Assembly (NCBI GenBank): GCA_001661245.1
Contig: KV454016.1
Location: 842,973-862,972, forward strand
Source: Pachysolen tannophilus NRRL Y-2460
Lineage: Eukaryota
Reading direction: 5' to 3'
Length of the DNA stretch: 20,000 nt
Part shown: positions 1 to 9,219 of the stretch, one piece after another
Layout: each line of letters opens with the position of its first letter
Numbering within the stretch: the first letter of the stretch is position 1
The notes under the pieces: generated by a model
The model's database searches: none
Told to the model about the DNA's origin: nothing
The model's input: the letters and a program-made list of their open reading frames with translations, nothing else
Translations under genes and position numbers: made by a program

Positions 1-1769
1 GGTTGATGGGAAATCAGACCTGTGGAAGCCAGGTGGAGATACTGGTCTATCCCATATATTGGTCCTCGAAATGCCATGTTTAGTATAATAACCAATTCTC
101 GGGTCGTTATTATTTGGCCTGAATCTGCTCATTAAATTATCATCATTTTTTTTCTTTTTTTCATTATTATCCCATCTAATACCTCCTGAAGTTTCAGGCA
201 TAGGTCCAATCGCTTCGGAAAATTTTAGGCATTGTGGACATTTACAATGTTGATCCTTCTTATTATGATTGAAATGTTTGAAGAATTCCGTTTGTCTGTT
301 TTTCCCTCTTACAGTTCCTGTATATGCAATATCCAATCCATTATTCACGAACGGATTTGGCTGAAAATCCTCTAATATCCATTCTCTGGTTTTAAGAAAG
401 TTCCATGATAAATCAACAGTTTCTGACATGTGGTTATTGTTGTTTTTTCGGCGCTTTGACGGCGTTATATAATGATTGTCAGGCGTTAATAAAAGATCAC
501 TCTGTTTTGTCAATTTTTTAATCTTTTGATCATGGGTCTTTGAAGTCGCGTTAATATCTTTGTTTTTCAGTAGCAAAACATTTGTGTCTTTCTTGAGGTT
601 ATCAGTCAGCGGTGTGGGTAGACAATTAGTGATTTCGCTGAAATCGTCTTGCGAATCATCGATAAATGAATCTTGGAGGGGGGTTCCCTTCCGTTCATCT
701 TCAGTGTTCTCTTCAATTCTTGGCTTTTCGGTATGATTTTTTTTGGTTTTCATTGGACTAGACAATAATTCAATTTCTTGAGATTCTTCTACATCACGGA
801 AATCGTACGAGTCATCAGTTTTGACTGAGTACTCTCTATTTTCAGTGTCACTTTCTCTTACATGATCCAATTTTGCATCCATTTCCATATCAATACTGGC
901 TGGGAAAATCGGTAATGAAGAATTGCTTTCATCAGAAGTTTGAAAATTGAAGCTATCTCTACGATTAAACGGAACTTTAAATTCACTATTCTCAGCTCTA
1001 GATTTTCTCTCTGTATTGAAAATAGTTTTTTGATGTACATGCTTGTTATTCTGTTCTTCTTGAGATTCAACATCTGATGAATATTGAGTTGGAGACATAA
1101 AATAGTTGTTCTCTTGTGTGCTTGAGTTCTTGTTCATAAAGTCCAAGTCTATATTTTCTTTATTTTCCTCGATATTTTCTACTTGACCCTCATGATTCTT
1201 TAAAAAGTCTAAACTTCCCAAATCCAGAGATGTGTTATTATTCTGTTTATTTTCTGTGTTAGATGAGGCTTGCGAATTTCCTCTTTCCTTTGAATTTATA
1301 AGGTCAAAAATGTTGTGTTGTGTAGTAGAATTTGAATTTGAATTTTTTGAGCTTTTATTATTGGTTAGATTCAGTATCTGGGCCTTTAAGCTGGAAATAA
1401 GCTTTCCATTATTATCATTATCATTCTTGTGACTCTTGACTTCTTGTAGATATTTTTCATTTAACAGATTAAAAGAAGCCGCGTATGAAGATATTTTACT
1501 GCCATTAGCGGACTGCCTCAATTTTATTTCCAATTTTTCATTAGTCTTCTCTAATCTCTTAATCTTTTCAAGGATAGCCTTATGACTTTCAAGCACTATA
1601 AAAAATTTCGTTATGTTAGCTCGACTAAACTTCATTGACTTTAAATTCTAATCTTGGAAAATAACTTACAATCTTGGTATTTTTTGTCCTTTTCTTTGAA
1701 ATATTTTTCCAGATCCAGGGCCCACAATAAAAACCCATTCAAAGGTGAGTCACTATTCTCCTTATTCAT
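1..1769 (-). CDS. SAE2: Sae2/Ctp1/CtIP DNA end-resection factor; 3' end outside window; exon 1 1769-1670, exon 2 1595-<1
   Basis: Manual translation: ATG at 1769 (MNKENSDSP...), 74-nt intron, then an open frame to base 1. The C-terminus reads WILEDFQPNPFVNNG..VRGK..CKCPQC..IWDRPVSPPGFHRSDFPST, the SAE2-family CxxC plus SPPGF-x3-DFPST signature. Not in the ORF track, presumably because the stop is outside the window. Confidence 0.92.
1596..1669 (-). other. spliceosomal intron (74 nt) of SAE2
   Basis: GTAAGT at 1669, branch GCTAAC at 1620-1615, TAG at 1598-1596. Splicing joins T+TG and keeps the frame. Confidence 0.85.
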
Positions 1770-1866
1770 AACTCATCGGCCTCATCTAGCTAATCACAGG
1801 ACAACAAAAAGCTTTTATATTTGATGATTAAATGAATAACCTTATAAACATCATTCCCTCTTTTCT

Positions 1867-1921
1867 GTAAACAAATAACACGTCCGAAATGTAGTATTTC
1901 CTAAAACAAAGTATTTGCGTC
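1867..1921. promoter_or_regulatory. candidate forkhead site (GTAAACAAA, 1867-1875) and MSE/Ndt80-like site (GACGCAAAT on - strand, 1913-1921) upstream of SAE2
   Basis: Consensus matches 100-150 nt upstream of the ATG. Short motifs in AT-rich DNA, so chance is possible. Confidence 0.3.
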
Positions 1922-2162
1922 TGATGCACTACAATAAATTTCTTAACTATTTCAATTTCAAACTACGACTATAAGACTAACTAAATAATAGTTAAATCAA
2001 TTGAGTTCAATTGGCAAATATAAATATCGGAATAAATAAGAAGTAAAAGAAATTATTAAATAAATTAGTAAATAAATATAGTAGTCAAACAATGGTTCTT
2101 TTTTTTTTTTTAATTTTCGTCTTCGTCTTCTCTTTTTGCCTTCCTTCGAATTTGGTCATTTC

Positions 2163-4940
2163 TCATTCTGTCTTTTCTCTGTTATTATACATATTATCAC
2201 ATATCTCCACGTTGTAGCCCAGACTTCTTTTACCGCAGTGGTAAATTAATCTGGCGTTTTCACCTGCAATTTCTGAAGGAGCTCTACTTAATGTTTTATA
2301 TAACAATTTGCATAACCCAAGCATGTTTCCCTTATTTGCAACTTTATCGATATTAAATGCGTACTCAATCAAGGTTTGATAATATTCTGATCCTGTTACA
2401 TTAGAGTCAAATATATGAATTTTTCGCTTTGTCAATCTGAACAAATTACTTCTAATTCTTCTTAGATAGGAAAATCCTTCTTCTCTTTCTTTTAAATTGT
2501 CCAAGTCTACGTCTTTCCCTTCTGGACAATAATTGGATTCGGGACCTTCTGCAATGAAGTTATAATCCCATATATATAACATTGCAACGCCAATAGAGTA
2601 AGATCGATTGAAAACATCTTTCACGGGATCATATAAGCGATTTGCATCAGTCACAGAATCGTGAGGTGATAAAAACATTTCCCATAAGAGTAAAAAACAA
2701 TTGATCAAACAAATTTTTGAATCCAAAGTTTTTAAACAAAATCTTTTAAATCTGTCCAATATCTCTAATCTATCGCTATGATGCGGTTTAACATTCATCC
2801 ACCATGGTGCCCCTGCTATGATAAAAAGATCATAATGTTGAATCCTCAGGTATACATGCGTTGTATGAAATGAAGTCAATTTACAGCTGGAGTCAGTGTC
2901 AACAAATTCAGGTATTAATCCATTGGAATTGGCATTTCTATAAGCATTGCTAACTAAAGAATTTGAACATCCTGCACCAATATCATTCTTCCAATACAGT
3001 AAAGCTTTTGTAATAATTTCTTTCCAATTTTTGTTGTTTTTGTTGTTTAATTTTGCTCTTTCATCTTCTAGGCCAAATGATAATTGTAAATCTCGTTGTT
3101 GCATTTGGAATAATACGGCAACGAGTCCAGCAAAAAGTATTTTCTTGTTGAAGTATGTCAACTTAGAAAAATATTCACTCATGTCTTCCTTAATTGCACT
3201 TTTCTTGCTATTATAATTTAGCAATTTTTTCAAACTAGTCAAGAAAACTGGTTGAAGCGGTATAATTTTTTCACTTCCAGAAAGCTTCATATTATCCCAC
3301 AACTCGTCATTACATGGTAATTGGGATTGAATCTGATGAGCAAAAATAGAGACCAAATGGCCATAATGAATCAGATCAATGGTATCCAAATAAAATACAG
3401 TGAAAGTAATCCTTTTCATTGATTCCACCTCCACCCATCTTTCATAAATTTCCTTATTTGATAATCTATTGCCATCATTGTTATGGTTTAATTTGATTGG
3501 ATTACCTCCCAAGGTTGGAGATCTTCTCAATAATTGAATTACGGTACCATGATGCAAATGAGCTCTCTCATGTAATTTTCTAGTAGAGCAAGATTTTTCA
3601 TAATATTCTAACATTATCAAACTTTGGAACACCCAAAGTTTAGCAGGCAGTACAAACTCTGGATCTAAAAAAATTAACCACCTTAAAGGCACTGCAATCA
3701 AATCGCCAATTACTTTATAAGTAGATTCTGTAGATTCCAGATCTGCAGAAAAGGCGGAATTATATGAAAAATTAGTTCCCAACATTATCATTGAAAGTAA
3801 TAAAATATGAGGTGCCTTCAATGTATTAAAAGAAGGTTTATGCATAAAGGGAAATTGAGGATGGAAACATTTCCAATAATTAATTAAAAATTTTGAAACA
3901 TTTTCTAAATTAAAACTTTCCACTGTGGCCAATGAAGGAATAAGTTCAACCAACTTGGTAATTGTAACTTGATCAATTTGATATAATCTTTGATCTTCAA
4001 ACTGTATGTTTGAATTATTTGAAGTATTTGAAATATTGAATTTGTTATTGGCAGCCATACTATTCCTATCATTAATAACAGTTGTATTGGTATTGGTATT
4101 GTTACTATAAGGTGAAAATAATGTTTGATCGTTGAACATGTTCAACAATTGCGAATTAGGTGATAAATCGTTAAAATCATCAAAACCAGGATATTCAAAA
4201 TTTAAAAATAACAGATCGAGATTATATGCATTGTTGCTTGTAGAAGTGAACATATCGAAATTATTTGAATTTAATAGATCTGAATTTACCGAATCGTTAT
4301 TGTCTTCGTTCAACATCCAATTCAAAAAATTCGAACTATGTTGTTGCCTAGAGGTTCGTTGATGGTTTGAATAAGGAGAAGCTTGCCCTGGGGAAACTTC
4401 CGAAATTGTTGATGTTGTAGTTGGTATTCGGGCCAGTGAGCTTGTTTCTGAAGGAGATGAAGATGACGATGTAAAAAGTGAAATGCTCGTACTGTTTTTA
4501 CTTTTAATATTTGAAATTAAACTTTTATTACTCGCATTTTCTGTAACGGTATCGTTTTGGTCTTGTATAATTTGTGTTTCCTCCAGTTGTTGGTCATCAT
4601 TATTCAAAAAGAAAAAAGACGATAATTTTTTCTTATAGTTTCTTTCATTCCCCAACTTTCTAATATTTTTAAAATCATTATTTGTAATTTTTGATGATCT
4701 CAACTCATGCCTTTTCAAATGGCGCTTTAATAAATCATTTCTAACAAATGTCTTAAAACAATTATTGTACGTGCATTTATAAATGACTTTCGGGTTATGA
4801 TTTAGTCTATGTCGATTTAAATGCTCACTTCTTGAAAACACCTTAGAGCAATTAGGCTCATTGCATCTATATTTCTTTCTATTATCGTTATCTCCTTCTA
4901 ATTCTTGTTTCATACTTTCATCAGTATCAGTCCCAACCAT
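2163..4940 (-). CDS. SDD4: transcription factor with two N-terminal C2H2 zinc fingers and a fungal-specific TF domain (Sdd4/YPR022C-like)
   Basis: 925-aa ORF. Fingers CNEPNCSKVFSRSEHLNRHRLNH and CTYNNCFKTFVRNDLLKRHLKRH; middle-homology motifs YWKCFHPQFPFMHKPSF, PAKLWVFQ, LPCNDELW. The symbol is from recalled similarity of the finger region. Confidence 0.8.
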   Translation of the reverse strand: MVGTDTDESMKQELEGDNDNRKKYRCNEPNCSKVFSRSEHLNRHRLNHNPKVIYKCTYNNCFKTFVRNDLLKRHLKRHELRSSKITNNDFKNIRKLGNERNYKKKLSSFFFLNNDDQQLEETQIIQDQNDTVTENASNKSLISNIKSKNSTSISLFTSSSSSPSETSSLARIPTTTSTISEVSPGQASPYSNHQRTSRQQHSSNFLNWMLNEDNNDSVNSDLLNSNNFDMFTSTSNNAYNLDLLFLNFEYPGFDDFNDLSPNSQLLNMFNDQTLFSPYSNNTNTNTTVINDRNSMAANNKFNISNTSNNSNIQFEDQRLYQIDQVTITKLVELIPSLATVESFNLENVSKFLINYWKCFHPQFPFMHKPSFNTLKAPHILLLSMIMLGTNFSYNSAFSADLESTESTYKVIGDLIAVPLRWLIFLDPEFVLPAKLWVFQSLIMLEYYEKSCSTRKLHERAHLHHGTVIQLLRRSPTLGGNPIKLNHNNDGNRLSNKEIYERWVEVESMKRITFTVFYLDTIDLIHYGHLVSIFAHQIQSQLPCNDELWDNMKLSGSEKIIPLQPVFLTSLKKLLNYNSKKSAIKEDMSEYFSKLTYFNKKILFAGLVAVLFQMQQRDLQLSFGLEDERAKLNNKNNKNWKEIITKALLYWKNDIGAGCSNSLVSNAYRNANSNGLIPEFVDTDSSCKLTSFHTTHVYLRIQHYDLFIIAGAPWWMNVKPHHSDRLEILDRFKRFCLKTLDSKICLINCFLLLWEMFLSPHDSVTDANRLYDPVKDVFNRSYSIGVAMLYIWDYNFIAEGPESNYCPEGKDVDLDNLKEREEGFSYLRRIRSNLFRLTKRKIHIFDSNVTGSEYYQTLIEYAFNIDKVANKGNMLGLCKLLYKTLSRAPSEIAGENARLIYHCGKRSLGYNVEICDNMYNNREKTE

Positions 4941-5370
4941 TTTTTATTTTTTTTTTTTTTTTTTTTCTTTTTTTCAATTTTTTTGAAATTTTTTTTTATG
5001 TCCTAATTGCCTCAACAATTTCAGAACATCCTCCCAACTTCTGATGATCAATAACCTCTTCAATGACTTTTATCTCAGATAATAAGTTCCAATTATATTT
5101 AATGACAATTATTGTTTAGTTTTTACTCCAAATTTGGCAAGTTAAGTCAAATAAATTGATGACACTTTTTAGGGGCGGTCTAATGTACACAGTATTAATT
5201 GAAACCCATAGATAAGAAGAAAGATCAGAAACTAGATATAGAAAACTAGATATTTTATCAAAACGCCAGTGATATGTGTATATTATAACTATTGAAAATG
5301 CAGCAGAAAAACAAGGGAAAGTGGTAAAAAGGTAAAAGGTTAAAAAAAAAGAAAAAAGAAAAAGAAAAAT

Positions 5371-6246
5371 TCATACTAATAAAACAGCATTAACGCACCC
5401 ATCTCTATCCGGTTCATTTGTAATTTGAGCATATTTACCCCATACAACCTTACCACCAGCAGTAACTAACCCCAATTCAGAAACATTTACTTCTATTATA
5501 GTTCCTTTTGTTAAGACTCCCATCTGGGTGTACATTGGAGATTGTGGATTTTTCTTAACTGCTAATATTGGTAAGAAAACAGTAACTTTCAATTCTGGAT
5601 GTGTTACATTTGCCTTTTTCTGCCTTAAAGCTGCAGGTCTAATAATTCTTTCCATCTTTACTGGTCTTCTTGTAAATCCTTCTCCAACAAAAGTATGTTT
5701 TGTAATCATTCTTTTCCAAGATTTTGATTTTGATTTACCAGTCTTGATAACTTTAAACATTTCTTCTTCACTAATACCTCTTACTTTTGGTAACGGAACA
5801 GAAAACTTATCCGCCTTCTCCATTCTCTTTTGCTTAATCGACGAAGAAATCGCCTTTGCAGTATTGTTGGTCTGTCTATCCAATAAATAAGTTGGTAATG
5901 CTTCTCCATCATCTTCTCTTGGTTTCGAAGGTCCATTCAATTTACTCTCTTCATGAGCCTTAATCTTCTTCTTCATTGCAACCTTCTCAGCATAACGCTT
6001 CTTGGCAAACTGCTTACCTCTCCAACCAGTTAAATTCTGAGCATCTTTAGCAATTCTATGACCTTCTCTAGCCTCCTTCTTACGTTTTCTTTCTTCATGG
6101 TCTAATCGTTTACCATGTTGTTTAATATGTTGCTCAATATATTCGTTTTGAGGCTAAATCAATATACAAAAAAAAAAATGGTTAGTAACTCAAACAATTC
6201 TTTAAAAACAACAACAACAACAACAAAAATCATATAAACTTACCAT
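5371..6246 (-). CDS. NSA2: 60S ribosome biogenesis protein Nsa2; exon 1 = ATG (6246-6244), exon 2 6153-5371; 261 aa
   Basis: Spliced product begins [26 protein letters not shown] and ends [23 protein letters not shown]. The ORF track start (5976) is internal. Confidence 0.97.
6154..6243 (-). other. spliceosomal intron (90 nt) directly after the NSA2 ATG
   Basis: ATG|GTAAGT, TACTAAC at 6187-6181, TAG|CCT at 6154. Contains a short (GTT)n repeat. Confidence 0.95.
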
Positions 6247-6306
6247 CTTGATTAATTTATCTATCAAATATATTTTAATTATATATGATAAAATAGATAA
6301 AATATA

Positions 6307-6320
6307 TGAAAAATTTTTCA
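6307..6320. promoter_or_regulatory. RRPE element, perfect palindrome TGAAAAATTTTTCA
   Basis: Matches the RRPE consensus on both strands, about 60 nt upstream of the NSA2 ATG. Confidence 0.75.
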
Positions 6321-6625
6321 GCTAGTTAATAAAAAGAAACAAAAAGAGGAAAAAAATTTTTTTTATTTAATACCTAAAAAAGGTAGTAGTGCGCTCGAAA
6401 CTCAAAAAATTCATTAGTACCGTTTAAAATTAAAGAAAGGTATTAAACAAGATAAAGACAGATGAAGAATATATATGTTTTATTGTACTGTTGTTAGAGG
6501 TTATTAGAGGTTGTGGAAGTGAGTTGGAGAAAGTAGGAAGATCTGGGTTTTTTTATTGTTGTTTTATTGTTTTTTTTTTTTTTTTTTTTTTGGTAAGTAT
6601 ATATCTTAACGGTTAACATTTTAAA

Positions 6626-6682
6626 CTCATCTTCTCGGTTCGATTACATAATAATACCTGTGTGAGGCAGAAAAATTTTTCA
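6626..6682. promoter_or_regulatory. PAC core (CTCATC, 6626-6631) and RRPE (GAAAAATTTTTCA, 6670-6682) upstream of LCP5
   Basis: Ribosome-biogenesis regulon motif pair in a divergent promoter between two Ribi genes. Confidence 0.65.
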
Positions 6683-6788
6683 GTACAATATAATATATAT
6701 ATATAAATATATTTATATTTATTTAATTATATGGTCAATATAACAAAGCAAAGATTTGTTCATATTGATAGATAGATCAAGAGTTGAT

Positions 6789-7877
6789 ATGGTTGAGACA
6801 CAGTCAGAGCAGAGCTTGGATAGTATTTTGTCTGTGATTGGACAGTCTTTGGACTCGTTTAAACAGGCGGTGGACAAATTGAATTCAGTTCATGATAATT
6901 CTTTAGATGAAGAACAAGATTTCCCAAATTTAATTAAAGAGTTATTACTGAAAACGTCATTGAAATTTCCTGAAGGTGTTTCTCTCTTGTCTTTGAAGAA
7001 TTCATCATTATTATCTTATGTAAATAATTTACTTTTAATTGTACTTTTAAATTTACAAAGGATGAAAACAAATGAACTTGAAAATAAGTTGAGAATTAAT
7101 GCTATTGAAAATACTATAGTACAAAGAGTCACCATTGAAAGAGGTGTTAAAAGCTTGGAAAATAGGTTGAGTTACCAGGTAGATAAGTTGGTTGGTGCTT
7201 ATTTGAGAATGGAAAACGAAGAACGCTCATCAGTATCGAAACTTGATGGGAATGTTAATAATAAAAATGGTAAAATAAAAGATAAAGGTGATTCAGATGA
7301 AGAAAGTGAAGCTGAGGATGATGAGGATGAAGATGCTTTGGCTTATAGACCAGATGCATCTTCATTTGCCACAAAGGCATCACTGGCAGTGAAATCACTG
7401 TCAACTTCTGAACAACAAAAGAATGCTACAAGTACACAAGAAAAATATAGACCACCAAAAATTGCAGCTATGGCTCCTCCTTCTGTTACTCATGATGGTG
7501 AAAAGGGATCAAAACCAACCTCAAGGTTTGGAAAATTACAGTCTATGGAAGAATATCTCAAGAGTTCTTCAGATGCTCCATTGGTAGAGGACAGTATAGG
7601 TGCCACAATTGTTGCAAATGGTAGAGGAGGTGTCAAGACATCAAAAGATAAACAAAAAGAAGAAGAAATCAAAAGATATGAAGAGGAAAATTTTACAAGA
7701 TTACCAACAGTATTAAGCAAACATGAGAAAAAATTGAAACGGAAACAACAAATGGATAGTTTTGGAGGAGAAGATTTTGGTATTTTTAATAATTCAGGTA
7801 AAGATATAGATTCAAGCTCTTCTAGAAAAAAGAAACCAATGAGTTCTTGGGATAGAGCCAAGAAGCGTCGTCTTTAG
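6789..7877 (+). CDS. LCP5: U3 snoRNP/SSU processome protein Lcp5 (Sas10/Utp3/neuroguidin family), 362 aa
   Basis: Motifs EGVSLLSLKNSSLLSY, LSYQVDKL, LAYRPDAS, KYRPPKIAA, YEEENFTRL, SWDRAKKR. First in-frame ATG is 6789; the track start is a TTG. Confidence 0.93.
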   Translation: MVETQSEQSLDSILSVIGQSLDSFKQAVDKLNSVHDNSLDEEQDFPNLIKELLLKTSLKFPEGVSLLSLKNSSLLSYVNNLLLIVLLNLQRMKTNELENKLRINAIENTIVQRVTIERGVKSLENRLSYQVDKLVGAYLRMENEERSSVSKLDGNVNNKNGKIKDKGDSDEESEAEDDEDEDALAYRPDASSFATKASLAVKSLSTSEQQKNATSTQEKYRPPKIAAMAPPSVTHDGEKGSKPTSRFGKLQSMEEYLKSSSDAPLVEDSIGATIVANGRGGVKTSKDKQKEEEIKRYEEENFTRLPTVLSKHEKKLKRKQQMDSFGGEDFGIFNNSGKDIDSSSSRKKKPMSSWDRAKKRRL

Positions 7878-8103
7878 TTAGCTAGTACTAGCTATAGTTA
7901 ATTAAATATACATACAATATATATTATTATTCTATCAGTTATATCTGTTAAACCATCCTTTCCGAGGGGTCGGCATTAGCCCCGGTTTTGTTTTTCGTTT
8001 TTTAATCTCGGGAAAACTAACCGGGTGAAAAAAATAACAAAAAAAAATACGCAGATAACAGGAGCTTGCAGGATATGCAAGTTGAAGTGGTGAAAAACAA
8101 AAA

Positions 8104-8119
8104 TTTCCTTTTTAGGAAA
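8104..8119. promoter_or_regulatory. Mcm1/CArG-type box TTTCCTTTTTAGGAAA
   Basis: CC(A/T)6GG core with TTT/AAA flanks, between two GCTTGCAGGA direct repeats (8064-8073, 8139-8148). Confidence 0.5.
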
Positions 8120-8673
8120 CCAGACTCAATTTTTCGGGGCTTGCAGGAAATAAATATGATGCACTAAAAGTCTGGAATCTCAAAAATCAAACAGTTAGTT
8201 AAAGCCTTGAAGTATATAGCAATTTTATTCATATTTTCTATTTTTTTATTTTCCTACTACACAAGAAGAGGGTGAATTCAATTTATATATAGTCTTTTTA
8301 TTTGTCTTTTTTTTACTTTTTTTTTTTTTTTTTTTTTTTCATTTCTACATTCATCTTTTACTAAGTAAAATTTTCATTACTTTCTATTACTTCGATAAGT
8401 TGTAGTTCATAATCGAAAAAAAGAGTATATGTATATAATCGCACAATGATAAAAACAAATAATAAATGAAATTAATTAAGTTGAAAGTAAAAATGAAGTT
8501 TGACAAATACAATAATATACTATTATGAAAAATGATGACATAACCAGGCAGCGACATATGAATGAAGAATTGAAAAAAATTAATGGTGAAGTTTTTTGTA
8601 AAATCCATAAACTTATTGAAATCGATACACCGAATTCTCACCAAATCAATAATACGATACAAGCTGTTGTAGA

Positions 8674-8913
8674 ATGATATTTAATGATACTAAATTTGTG
8701 CTTTTGTTTATTTTTAATCTTCCAGTTTTCCTTATTTCAATTTATATTATAACTCTAATTCTTTTCGCATTCAAATATTTTCTTTTGTTTTGTCTTCCGC
8801 CCATCTTTTACTATCAAGAAATATATGATGATATTCAATATTCAATCAAACCAGAATATAGAAAATACATAAATAAAGAACATAACCTCGCACCTGAAAA
8901 AATGAAAATTTAA
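8674..8913 (+). CDS. hypothetical small membrane protein (79 aa), possibly the 3' half of a frameshifted gene starting at 8525
   Basis: Long hydrophobic stretch followed by a charged tail. No family recognised; hydrophobicity could simply reflect T-richness. Confidence 0.3.
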   Translation: MIFNDTKFVLLFIFNLPVFLISIYIITLILFAFKYFLLFCLPPIFYYQEIYDDIQYSIKPEYRKYINKEHNLAPEKMKI

Positions 8914-9048
8914 AACCGAAACAAAAATAAGAACTTGGAACCACTGTTTTTGGATTTTTATATTTTAGGATATATTTTCTTTCCTAATTTTTTTGAAGTT
9001 TTCACATATTTAGCCTAACTTTTGAAAACGCTTTCTTTTTAAGTTTTT

Positions 9049-9079
<31 letters not shown>

Positions 9080-9219
9080 CTAGTAACTAGATGATACTGC
9101 AACGTACATTTGATGACAACTTCAATAAAACAAACAATAGACAAAAACGAAACGTGCTATAACCGTTGGTTTGATTGTATACGGAGATAAAAAATATAAA
9201 AACTGAAAAATATAACTAT

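Noticed and set aside
858..1432. Track ORFs 858-1073 (-) and 1232-1432 (+)
   Set aside because: Alternative-frame and antisense shadows inside SAE2 exon 2.
6593..6598. GTAAGT as donor of an LCP5 5'UTR intron
   Set aside because: No CTAAC branch site before the ATG, and it lies upstream of the PAC/RRPE motifs.
2947..7861. ORFs 2947-3216, 4132-4362, 5528-5890, 7490-7861
   Set aside because: Antisense shadows of the SDD4-like gene, NSA2 and LCP5.
7955..8030. GC-rich patch as a tRNA gene
   Set aside because: No cloverleaf or B-box (GTTCRA) could be built.
8387..8662. 91-aa - strand ORF
   Set aside because: Non-ATG start, F/I/N-rich AT-bias composition, no recognisable motif.
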